Assembly (NCBI GenBank): GCA_013152215.1
Contig: JAADGT010000352.1
Location: 1 to 37,190, forward strand
Origin: Deltaproteobacteria bacterium
Lineage (GTDB): Bacteria > Desulfobacterota > Deferrisomatia > Deferrisomatales > Deferrisomataceae
Length of the DNA stretch: 37,190 bases
Direction of reading: 5' to 3'
In this document: in pieces, positions 28,801 to 37,190 of the stretch
Layout: the number at the start of each line of letters is the position of its first letter
Position numbering within the stretch: the stretch's first letter is position 1
Translations under genes and position numbers: made by a program
The notes under the pieces: generated by a model
What the model was told of the DNA's origin: nothing
Seen by the model: only the letters and a program-made list of their open reading frames with translations
Databases searched by the model: none

Positions 28801-29970
28801 ATGAAACGCTGGATCCGTGCCCTTTCGGTCGCCGCGGCCGTCGGTTTCGCCGCGAGCGCCACGGCCGCCGACACCATCGTCATCGGCCACATCGCCGACC
28901 TGACCGGTCCCACCTCGGCGGTGGGCAAGCCCTACGCCGACGGCGTGCAGGCCTACGCCGACTGGCTGAACTCCCACGGCGGGGTGAACGGCAAGAAGGT
29001 GAAGCTGCTTCGCTCCGACTACGCCTACAAGATCCCCGAGGCCCTGAACCTGTACAAGAAGTTCAAGACCGTGGACAAGGTTCTGGCGATCCAGGGGTGG
29101 GGCACCGGCGACACCGAGGCCCTGACGAAGATGGTGGGCAAGGACAAGATCCCCTACTTCTCGGCCTCGTACTCGGCCCACCTGACCGACCCCAAGAAGG
29201 CCCCCTACAACTTCTTCATCGCGGCCGACTACTCCACCCAGCTTCGGGCCGGCCTCAAGTATCTCAAGGACAACTGGAAAGAGAGCCGCAAGCCGAAGAT
29301 CGCCTTCATCTATCCCGACCACCCCTACGGCAAGGCTCCGATCCCGGCCGGGAAGAAGTACGCCGAAGAGCTGGGCTTCGAGATCGTGGGTGAGGAGAAC
29401 GTGGGCCTGCGGGCCATCGAGGCCACCACCCAGCTGCTGAACCTTAAGAAGAACGAGCCCGACTTCGCCTGGATCGGCGGCACCACCCCCTCGGCGGCCG
29501 TGATCCTGAAGGACGCCAAGAAGCTGGGCCTCAAGACCAAGTTCCTCATCAACATCTGGGGCAACGACGAGAACCTGTTCAAGCTGGCCGGCGACGCGGC
29601 CAACGGCGCCCTGGGGCTCCAGGCCGCGGCCGTGTACGGCGACGACGTGCCGGGCATGAAGACCATCGTGGAGGTCACCAAGGGCGAGCACCAGATGACC
29701 CACTTCATCCGGGGCTGGGTGTCGATGATGGTCATGGCCGAGGGCCTGAAGCGGGCCGACGCGGCCGGCGACCTGACCGGCCCGGGCCTCAAGAAGGCCC
29801 TGGAGACCCTCAAGGACTTCGACACCGGCGGGCTCACCGCGCCCATCACCTACACGGCCGACGACCACCGGCCGAACCTCTCGGCCAAGATCTACGAGTA
29901 CCAGGACGGGAAGATGGTCTACCGGGCCACCGTGGAGCTGCCCCGGCGGTCCGACTGGCTGGGCTTCTAA
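28801..29970 (+). CDS. ABC transporter substrate-binding protein (Leu/Ile/Val-binding-like fold)
   Basis: Signal peptide MKRWIRALSVAAAVGFAASATA; DLTGPT, GGVNGKKV, QGWGTGDT; GAGGAGG upstream. Confidence 0.88.
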   Translation: MKRWIRALSVAAAVGFAASATAADTIVIGHIADLTGPTSAVGKPYADGVQAYADWLNSHGGVNGKKVKLLRSDYAYKIPEALNLYKKFKTVDKVLAIQGWGTGDTEALTKMVGKDKIPYFSASYSAHLTDPKKAPYNFFIAADYSTQLRAGLKYLKDNWKESRKPKIAFIYPDHPYGKAPIPAGKKYAEELGFEIVGEENVGLRAIEATTQLLNLKKNEPDFAWIGGTTPSAAVILKDAKKLGLKTKFLINIWGNDENLFKLAGDAANGALGLQAAAVYGDDVPGMKTIVEVTKGEHQMTHFIRGWVSMMVMAEGLKRADAAGDLTGPGLKKALETLKDFDTGGLTAPITYTADDHRPNLSAKIYEYQDGKMVYRATVELPRRSDWLGF

Positions 29971-29984
29971 GCCGGCATCCCGGA

Positions 29985-30008
29985 GGGGAGGCCCCCTGGG
30001 GCCTCCCC
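29985..30008 (+). terminator. Stem-loop after the substrate-binding gene
   Basis: GGGGAGGCCCC-ct-GGGGCCTCCCC followed by CCCTTT. Confidence 0.55.
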
Positions 30009-30083
30009 CCCTTTCGAGGGGCCGCCGGCCCGGTGCCGGCGACCCGCCGAAGGGGAAACACCCGCCTCACGGAGCAGACTCCC

Positions 30084-30878
30084 ATGCTGAAGGTCAACAA
30101 CATCGAGGTCGTCTACAACGACGTGATCCTGGTCCTCAAGGGGCTCTCGCTGGAGTGCGAGGAGGGCAAGATCACCACCCTGCTGGGGGCCAACGGGGCC
30201 GGCAAGTCCACCACCCTCAAGGCCATCTCGGGGCTCCTAAGGAGCGAGGAGGGGGAGGTCACCGAGGGCACCATCGAGTTCAACGGCGAGAAGATCAACG
30301 GGAAGGACCCCGAGGATATCGTGCGGATGGGGATCTTCCAGTGCATGGAGGGTCGCCGGGTGTTCGAGGACCTGACCACCCACGAGAACCTGCTGTGCGG
30401 GGCGTACACCCGCAAGGACAAGGCCGGGGTTCGCCGGGACTTGGACCTGGTGTACGACTTCTTCCCGCGGCTCAAGGAGCGGCGCAACCAGCTGGCCGGG
30501 TACCTGTCGGGCGGCGAGCAGCAGATGCTCGCGATCGGCCGCGCGCTCATGGCCCGGCCCAAGCTGATGCTGCTGGACGAGCCGAGCCTCGGGTTGGCTC
30601 CGCTGCTGGTGAAGGAGATCTTCTCCATCATCCAGAAGATCAACGAGGAGGAGAAGACCACCATCCTCTTGGTGGAGCAGAACGCCAACCTGGCCCTCAA
30701 GGTGGCCACCTACGGGTACATCATGGAGAACGGCAAGGTGGTGCTCGACGGCCCCAGCGAGAAGCTCAGGGAGAACGAGGACGTGAAGGAGTTCTACCTG
30801 GGAGTGGGCGAGAGCGGCCACAAGCGCTCGTTCAAGAACGCCAAGCACTACAAGCGCCGGAAACGGTGGCTGTCGTAG
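30084..30878 (+). CDS. ABC transporter ATP-binding protein (LivF-like)
   Basis: GANGAGKST, EGRRVF, LSGGEQQMLAIGRALM, C-terminal YKRRKRWLS. Confidence 0.92.
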   Translation: MLKVNNIEVVYNDVILVLKGLSLECEEGKITTLLGANGAGKSTTLKAISGLLRSEEGEVTEGTIEFNGEKINGKDPEDIVRMGIFQCMEGRRVFEDLTTHENLLCGAYTRKDKAGVRRDLDLVYDFFPRLKERRNQLAGYLSGGEQQMLAIGRALMARPKLMLLDEPSLGLAPLLVKEIFSIIQKINEEEKTTILLVEQNANLALKVATYGYIMENGKVVLDGPSEKLRENEDVKEFYLGVGESGHKRSFKNAKHYKRRKRWLS

Positions 30879-30913
30879 GAAGGCTGGAAAGCTAGGAGGC
30901 TGGAAGGCTGGAT
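30874..30913 (+). repeat. Octamer tandem array directly after a stop codon
   Basis: GGCTGGAA AGCTAGGA GGCTGGAA GGCTGGAT. Confidence 0.85.
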
Positions 30914-31058
30914 GGCCACAGATCGGCACAGATTTGCACGGATTTTGGGAGGGACGAGGGCTCCCTGCCGTGGAGAGGTAGCCGGCGGAACCGGCTGCTG
31001 GTGGGGTTGAGACCTCCGCTTTTCCTCCATCTGTGTTCATCTGTGTAAATCTGTGGCC
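30914..31058. repeat. Inverted pair of 9-bp tandem arrays (CACAGATNN)x3
   Basis: GGCCACAGATCGGCACAGATTTGCACGGAT ... ATCTGTGTTCATCTGTGTAAATCTGTGGCC. Confidence 0.8.
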
Positions 31059-31213
31059 GATGGGTTGCGAAAACGCTGGAAGGCCGTTCGTCGCGGGGCG
31101 CTGGTCGTTCGTGGCGCGGGCGCACCGATGCCTTCGATGGGGTTTCCCAACCACCAACGACTGACGACCAACGACTGACGATTGACAACCGCATTTCCGG
31201 AGGGGATCCAGAC

Positions 31214-32470
31214 ATGGACCGGACGACCGGGTTTTTGAACGAAGAGCTCGAGACCCAGAGCTGGGAGGCGCAGCAGGAGGCGCTGTCGCGCCGGCTCAGG
31301 GAGACCGTGGCCCACGCGTACGAGCACGCCCCGTACTGGCGGCGGATCATGGACGAGGCCGGGGTGTCGCCCTCGGACATCCAGGGAGTGGCCGACCTGC
31401 CCAAGCTCCCCGTGACGCCCAAGGCCAAGCTGGTGGAGATCCAGGGGGCCGAGCCGCCGTTCGGGGGGCTGCTGGGCATGGCCGTGGAGCGGATGCAGCG
31501 GGTGTTCCGGTCGCCCGGGCCGATCTACGACCCCCAGGGGCCCGGGGAGGGCTGGGGCTGGGAGGAGGCCCTGTTCGCTGCCGGGTTCCGGTCGGGCGAC
31601 ATTTCCATCAACACCTTCAGCTACCACATGACCCCGGCCGGCATGATGTTCGACGACGCCCTGCGGAGCTTGGGGTGCCCCGTGGTGCCTACCGGGGTGG
31701 GGGAGCGGGAGACCCAGGTGGAGATCATGCAGCGCCTCGGGGTCAAGGGGTTCGTGGGCATGGCCTCGTTCCTCCTGCAGATCGGCGAGAAGGCCAAGGA
31801 GCTGGGCGTGGAACCCCGACGGGACCTGGGCCTGGAGGTCGCGTTCGTCACGGCCGAGCCCCTGCCCGACAGCCTCCGCTCGTCGGTGGAGGAGATGTTC
31901 GGGCTGATCCTTCGTCAGGGCTACGGCACGGCCGACTGCGGATGCATCGCCTACGAGTGCTTCCACAAGGGCGGCATGCACGTGGTGAACCGGGCCGTGG
32001 TGGAGATCGTGGACCCCACCACCGGCCAGCCCGTGCCCGAGGGGGAGACCGGCGAGGTGGTGGTCACCCTGTTCCACAAGGCCTACCCGCTGCTGCGGTT
32101 CGGCACGGGAGACCTCTCGGCCTTCCAGCCGGGTGGGTGCGAGTGCGGCCGGGCCACGCCCAAGCTCAAGGGGTGGCTGGGCCGGGCGGACCAGCTCGTG
32201 AAGGTGAAGGGCATGTTCGTGCACCCGGGCCAGCTCCAGGCCGTGTTCCGGGAGTTCCCCGAGGTGGAGGGGTTCCGGGCGGTGGTGAGCCGCGAGAACA
32301 ACCGCGACCGCCTGGCCGTGCGGGTGGTGAGCCGGGAGCGCTCCGAGGGCTTGGCCCAGAAGATCGCCGGCCGGCTGCGGGACGTGCTGCGGATCGGGGC
32401 CGAGGTGGAGTGGGTGGACCGGCTGCCCGACGACGGAAAGGTCATCGAAGACACCCGCACCTGGGACTGA
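31214..32470 (+). CDS. Phenylacetate--CoA ligase family (PaaK-like) protein
   Basis: FRSPGPIYDP, FSYHMTPAG, QGYGTAD, YPLLRFGTGD, GRADQLVKVKGMFVHP. Confidence 0.85.
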   Translation: MDRTTGFLNEELETQSWEAQQEALSRRLRETVAHAYEHAPYWRRIMDEAGVSPSDIQGVADLPKLPVTPKAKLVEIQGAEPPFGGLLGMAVERMQRVFRSPGPIYDPQGPGEGWGWEEALFAAGFRSGDISINTFSYHMTPAGMMFDDALRSLGCPVVPTGVGERETQVEIMQRLGVKGFVGMASFLLQIGEKAKELGVEPRRDLGLEVAFVTAEPLPDSLRSSVEEMFGLILRQGYGTADCGCIAYECFHKGGMHVVNRAVVEIVDPTTGQPVPEGETGEVVVTLFHKAYPLLRFGTGDLSAFQPGGCECGRATPKLKGWLGRADQLVKVKGMFVHPGQLQAVFREFPEVEGFRAVVSRENNRDRLAVRVVSRERSEGLAQKIAGRLRDVLRIGAEVEWVDRLPDDGKVIEDTRTWD

Positions 32471-32473
32471 GGC

Positions 32474-32869
32474 ATGGGTCAACCGGCGCGAAACGGCGGC
32501 CCCCCGCCTCTCAAGATCGGGGAACTGGCCCGGAGGGTGGGGCTCACGCCCCGCACCATCCGCTACTACGAGGACATCGGGCTCCTGAACAGCGTGCGCC
32601 GGGTAGAGGGGGGGCGCCGGATCTACACGGACGACGACGTCCGGCGGCTCAAGTTCATCAAGCGGCTCAAACTCCTGGGGCTGAGCCTGGAGGAGATGAA
32701 GGAGCTGGAGGAGCTGTACCGGACCCACCGGAGCAACGAAAAGGTCCTACCCCGGCTCCTGGAGCTCCTGGATCATCACCTGGAGGAGATCGAGCACCGG
32801 ATCGACCAGCTCCGGATGCTCCAGCGCGACATCGAGGCCTACCGCGAACACATCCGTTCGAAGCTGTAG
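32474..32869 (+). CDS. MerR family transcriptional regulator
   Basis: KIGELARRVGLTPRTIRYYEDIGLL, RIYT, LGLSLEEMK; no metal-binding Cys. Confidence 0.9.
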   Translation: MGQPARNGGPPPLKIGELARRVGLTPRTIRYYEDIGLLNSVRRVEGGRRIYTDDDVRRLKFIKRLKLLGLSLEEMKELEELYRTHRSNEKVLPRLLELLDHHLEEIEHRIDQLRMLQRDIEAYREHIRSKL

Positions 32870-32945
32870 GGGCGGTTGTTGGCGCCTGGCCGCGGGCCCT
32901 CGGTCCGGGCTGGCCGACGCGCCGAATCATTGAGGAGTCTATTCC

Positions 32946-34100
32946 ATGGCACTGTCGTTCGATCTGACTGCAGAGCAGAACATCCTTCGCCAGAGCGTGC
33001 GCGAGTTCGCCGAGAAGGAGATCCGGCCGGTGGCCCGCGAGCTCGACGCGAAGGAGGAGTTCAGCTACGAGCTCACCCGGAAGATGGGCGAGATGGGGCT
33101 GTTCGGCATCTTCGTGAGCCCCGAGTACGGGGGCAGCGGGCTGGACTACGTATCGTACATCATCGCGGTGGAGGAGATCGCCCGGGTGGACGGGTCGCAG
33201 GCGGCCACCGTGGCGGCCGGCAACTCCCTGGGGATCGGCCCGATCTACTACTTCGGGAGCGAGGAGCAGAAAAAACGCTGGCTCCCCAAGCTGTGCACCG
33301 GCGAGATGCTGGCCGGGTTCGGGCTCACTGAGCCCTTGGCCGGCTCGGACGCGGGCAGCTCCCGCACCAAGGCCGTGCTCGACGGCAACGAGTGGGTCAT
33401 CAACGGCAGCAAGATCTTCATCACCAACGCGGCCACCGACATCACCGGGGTGATCGTGGTGCAGGCGGTCACGGGCAAGAAGAGCGACGGCCGAAACGAG
33501 CTCTCCTGCTTCCTGGTGCCGGCCGACGCGCCAGGGCTGACCCGCAAGGCCATGCACGGCAAGATGATGTGGCGCTCGTCCAACACGGCCGAGCTGTACT
33601 TTGACGACGTACGGCTGCCCAAGGACGCCATCCTGGGGAAGAAGGGCGACGGGTTCCGCCAGATGCTCTCCACCCTGGACGGGGGCCGGCTCTCCATCGG
33701 CGCCATGGGGCTGGGGGGCGCCCAGGGCGCGTTCGAGCTGGCCCTGCGCTACGCCCAGGAGCGCCGACAGTTCGGCCAGCCGATCTTCGACTTCCAGGCC
33801 ATCCAGTTCAAGCTGGCCGACATGGCCATGGAGATCGAGGCGGCCCGAAACCTGCTGTACAAGGCCTGCTGGCTCAAGGACAACGGCCGGCCGTTCGGCA
33901 AGTACGCGGCCATGGCCAAGCTGTACTGCTCCGAGGTCATGGGCCGGGTGGTGGACGCCGCGGTCCAGATCCACGGCGGCTACGGCCTGATGCAGGACTA
34001 CGACGTCGAGCGGTTCTACCGCGACCAGAAGCTCCTGACCATCGGCGAGGGCACGAGCGAGATCCAACGCCTCGTGATCGCCCGCCACCTCAAGGACTGA
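32946..34100 (+). CDS. Acyl-CoA dehydrogenase (short/branched-chain type)
   Basis: FGLTEPLAGSDAG, INGSKIFITN, QERRQFGQ, AVQIHGGYG, IGEGTSEIQR. Confidence 0.92.
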   Translation: MALSFDLTAEQNILRQSVREFAEKEIRPVARELDAKEEFSYELTRKMGEMGLFGIFVSPEYGGSGLDYVSYIIAVEEIARVDGSQAATVAAGNSLGIGPIYYFGSEEQKKRWLPKLCTGEMLAGFGLTEPLAGSDAGSSRTKAVLDGNEWVINGSKIFITNAATDITGVIVVQAVTGKKSDGRNELSCFLVPADAPGLTRKAMHGKMMWRSSNTAELYFDDVRLPKDAILGKKGDGFRQMLSTLDGGRLSIGAMGLGGAQGAFELALRYAQERRQFGQPIFDFQAIQFKLADMAMEIEAARNLLYKACWLKDNGRPFGKYAAMAKLYCSEVMGRVVDAAVQIHGGYGLMQDYDVERFYRDQKLLTIGEGTSEIQRLVIARHLKD

Positions 34101-34143
34101 CTGACCTGCCGACCCTCCGCCACCGCACAACCTTCTCGGGCCT

Positions 34144-34204
34144 CACGCCACGCTCGCCACGACGCCACGGGTTCTGGGGTTGAGATTCCCGTGGCGTTCG
34201 TGGC
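34144..34204. repeat. Inverted short tandem array (CGCCACG-based) / hairpin after the acyl-CoA dehydrogenase gene
   Basis: CACGCCACGCTCGCCACGACGCCACGGG ... CCCGTGGCGTTCGTGGC. Confidence 0.6.
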
Positions 34205-34397
34205 ATAAGCCTCCGCAGTCCGCCCTTTCGCCCCGGCCGGGCGGACGGGGTGGAATGCAAGGACATTTGATTTCCCTGGTGGACAGGGAACACCTTTTCC
34301 GCCCATAAGTGGAAAAGGTTTTCCCTCTACAACCCGCACCTGTCTCGTTGAGACCACCAAAGCCCTGGTGCGCCGAGCTCCCCGCCTCAGCCGCCTG

Positions 34398-34414
34398 TTG
34401 GTACGCTAGTTGCA
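34398..34414 (+). promoter_or_regulatory. Sigma54 (-24/-12) promoter of the PEP-CTERM gene
   Basis: TTGGTACGCTAGTTGCA matches TGGYAC-N5-TTGCW with exact GG-N10-GC spacing. Confidence 0.75.
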
Positions 34415-34519
34415 AGTTGAGATGCCAGACGTCGGGAAGAAGCCTGGGGGAGGTCCCTGGGTCAACCATTGCTCGGATGTGACGGCATCCGCGGCGGCAC
34501 CAGACAAAGGAGGAGAAAC

Positions 34520-35521
34520 ATGAGACGGAGATGGCGCAGCTTATGGGGAGCAGGGATGGCCGTGCTCTTGGGCGCAGCCCTGACAGCGGGGCCTGCGGGG
34601 GCCGTTCAGGTAAAAACCCAGTTCGACCCGACCGGATCCGGCTCGTGGTCGATCACCGGTATCACCTCTTGGGATTGGGAGGACACGGGCACTTTGGTGA
34701 TCGAAAACAATCTCGCATATAGCACCACCGGGGATACTACGCTCGACGATTTTTTTTCGAATGCTGGTGTCGGCGACATCGCCCAGTTCTATATCCACGG
34801 TCAGGCTAGGCTGAAGGGGTTCACTGGAGGGACCGACGCGTCGGGGAAGACCTTGTACACCGAGGGCGCCAGCTCCGCCGACTACGAGGTCACCACGACG
34901 TTCGACGCGCTGGAAACAGCTATACTTGACTTTGACCTTTTCGGTAGGCCCCGACTAAATTTTGTCGGAATTAGCGGCACGTTTCAGTATTATTTGGACT
35001 CGACTTTTGACTCGGTGGTAGAAACAGGCGCTGGCTTCAGGGACGGCGATCCCGCCGCGAATCCTTTCTTGTGGGGTACCATCGACGCCGTGAGTGGTGA
35101 CTTCCTAGCGGATACTGCTGACTCATCCAATACCGGCGGCAATAGCAACCTGACTCTAACGATTACTGGTTACAACTCGAGCGTGATCGAGACCGATCCA
35201 GCTTCCTCAGGGGTCTGGCTGGTGGGGACCACTTTCAATACGAATATTGATATCACTGCGAACATCGGAACCACAAACTACTTGGGTAATGGCCTTTCCT
35301 CTGGGACTTCTGTTGCGGTAGGTGATAGTCCTTATTCTTTCAATGTAGGTACCTTTGACACCACTTTGGGAACTCTGCGAGGCCAGAACGGGGAGTTGAT
35401 CCTTCGGGCCGATGCGTCATCCACGTTCTCAGCGGTGCCGGAGCCCGGCACGATGATCCTCCTCGGCTCCGGTCTGGTGGGCCTTGCGGGGGTCAGCCGG
35501 CGCCGGAGGAAGTCCGCGTAG
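34520..35521 (+). CDS. PEP-CTERM sorting domain-containing surface protein (Thr/Ser/Gly/Asp-rich)
   Basis: N-terminal signal peptide; C-terminal VPEPGTMILLGSGLVGLAGVSRRRRKSA; AGGAGG RBS; lower GC. Confidence 0.92.
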   Translation: MRRRWRSLWGAGMAVLLGAALTAGPAGAVQVKTQFDPTGSGSWSITGITSWDWEDTGTLVIENNLAYSTTGDTTLDDFFSNAGVGDIAQFYIHGQARLKGFTGGTDASGKTLYTEGASSADYEVTTTFDALETAILDFDLFGRPRLNFVGISGTFQYYLDSTFDSVVETGAGFRDGDPAANPFLWGTIDAVSGDFLADTADSSNTGGNSNLTLTITGYNSSVIETDPASSGVWLVGTTFNTNIDITANIGTTNYLGNGLSSGTSVAVGDSPYSFNVGTFDTTLGTLRGQNGELILRADASSTFSAVPEPGTMILLGSGLVGLAGVSRRRRKSA

Positions 35522-35551
35522 GCGAACAGAACGACCCGATGCTGACAGATG

Positions 35552-35590
35552 GGGCCGCCCCCCCACGAGAGAGGGGCGGCCCTCTCCTTT
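35552..35590 (+). terminator. Probable terminator after the PEP-CTERM gene
   Basis: GGGCCGCCCC...GGGGCGGCCC followed by TCTCCTTT. Confidence 0.55.
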
Positions 35591-35775
35591 GTAGCGTGCC
35601 GGGGGAGGAGCTGTGCGCAAGCGTTTTGCAAGCAGGCGTGGCGAAATCCGACCGTGTCCCCGGGATGAGAAGCGACGGACCGCGCAAGTTTGACACTTTC
35701 TGGTGAACGAGTTCTGTGATTTCAGTGGGTTAAGTTTTTCGGGACCGCGGTTTTTACACTACATCTCGTCACTCC

Positions 35776-36503
35776 TCACAGGGTCTTGGGAATCGGGGGC
35801 AGGCTAAGGGCCTTAAGAATCCGGGCTTGTTCCCTCGGGGGCCGGGTCGGTAGGCGCGTCGGCGTGGCTCCCACCACCAGTTCCACCACCTTGTTCCGCT
35901 GCAGAAGAGCCACGGCCCGGGGTGCCGATAGCCCCAACGGCCGGAGTCGGTTGCGCATCCAGCGCTCCATTTGCAGCGCCAACACGCACACGAAGATGTG
36001 GGCCCGGATCCGACGCTCGGTCCAGTGGTACACGGGCCGGACTTTCACGGTGCTCTTCAGGTTCCGCCACCCTCGCTCGATCTCCGCCAGTTCCTTGTAC
36101 CGGACGACGACCTCTTCTGGCGGGAGATTCATGTCTGTTGTTTCCACGAGCAGCACCCCGTCGATTTTTGCCTCCCACAGGAGGGCCCTGCGGTTCTTGG
36201 TCACTTGGAAGCCGTCGGTCTCCGAGGGCGTGAGGTCGTAGAACTTCAGCAACCCCTTGTCCCGGAAATAGTCCCGAATCCGATGGTACGTTCCCTGTGG
36301 GGTGGGCCGACGCCCCCGCCCCGAGGGCCGGGCCAAGGCCTCCAGCCGTTCCCGGATCCATGCGTCGGCCTGGGTCAAGCGGTCTTCCCGAGCCTTTTGG
36401 GTCTCCCGTGCGATTGTGGGTGAATAGGCGGCGACGAACCGTACCCCTGCCGGACGTCCTCGAAGAACTGCTCCGTTGTACCTCCCGAAAGAGTGGGTGA
36501 ACG
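35776..36503 (-). pseudogene. IS1634 family transposase, C-terminal fragment
   Basis: IDGVLLVETT, YKELAEIERGWRNLKS, VRPVYHWTERRIRAHIFVCVLA; N-terminal half missing. Confidence 0.8.
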
Positions 36504-37110
36504 TGTGGTGTCCCGGATAAAGCAAGACACTTTTTGCCGGAGGAAATCCCCTTGTGAGTGATCATGCTGCGGCTTGCAGCCTAAGATTCCGGGCCCGCCG
36601 CTCTACCGGCGTCTCCCATCCGAGCGCCTGGTGAGGTCGACCGTGGTTGTACTCGATCAGCCATGCCGCGATGGCCGCCCGAAGCTCCGTGATCGACTCC
36701 CAGTCATGCGTCCAGATCAGCTCCACCTTCAGCGTCTGGATGAACCGCTCCGCCACCGCATTGCCCGTGGGCCGTCCCACAGGCGCCAGCGTGTGCTCCA
36801 GCCCCCAATGCCGGCACAGATCCTCGCAGTCCTTGCCCGTGTACTGACTCCCATGATCCGTGCGCAGTTCCAACCCCCAAGGCACGTTCCCGGGCTCGGC
36901 GAACTCTCGTACCAGGGATCGGGCTACCGGAGAGAGCACCATCGCGGCCTCCCGGCTTTTCATCACCTCGCACGCCAACGCGTAGCGATCCCCACAGTCG
37001 ATCACCGGCACCACCGTGACCCAGCCGTCCCGGACAGTCCACACGCTCGTCAGGTCCGTTGCCCACCGCCGGTTAGATTCTCTCACGGCCACCTGGCCTG
37101 TTGGCACCTT
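36504..37110 (-). mobile_element. IS3 family element remnant: integrase-core (DDE) ORF 36562-37107 plus terminal repeat at 36504
   Basis: WATDLT, LRTDHGSQY, GNAVAERF, YNHGRPHQALG; the end begins TGTGGTGTCCCGGA (IS3-type 5'-TG); OrfA and N-terminus absent. Confidence 0.8.
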
Positions 37111-37190
37111 GTGGTGCGGCGTTCGGTGCGAGCGCCGCAGGAGATCACGTACACGCTCACCAACGCCCCGGCCGACACGCCGTTGGAACG
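37108..37190 (+). mobile_element. IS701 family transposase internal fragment (runs off window)
   Basis: Manual translation LVVRRSVRAPQEITYTLTNAPADTPLE resembles the IS701 Y-x-L-(S/T)-NAP-x-DTPL motif; not in the ORF track. Confidence 0.55.

Overview
High-GC (visually ~70%) bacterial chromosome segment; gene content suggests a deltaproteobacterium (inference). Left to right: 5'-truncated MCP and cheB (apparent C-terminal frameshift), a DUF6178-like gene, an M16 peptidase pair, a SprA-related HExxH protein, a BMP-type ABC transporter, a sirtuin and an iron-sulfur flavoprotein, a liv-type ABC operon, two divergent HMG-CoA-lyase-like paralogs with an enoyl-CoA hydratase, a divergently transcribed ABC/acyl-CoA ligase/MerR/acyl-CoA dehydrogenase cluster, a lower-GC sigma54-type PEP-CTERM gene, and three stacked IS fragments (IS1634-, IS3- and IS701-like). 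The most unusual signal is non-coding. (1) A ~180-nt structured element occurs twice, with compensatory base-pair changes and two variable 14-16 nt segments in a conserved scaffold. (2) Many intergenic spacers are bordered by 7-, 8- and 9-bp tandem arrays that always point into the spacer and nest with two further dispersed repeat families. All family calls come from motif recognition; no searches were run.
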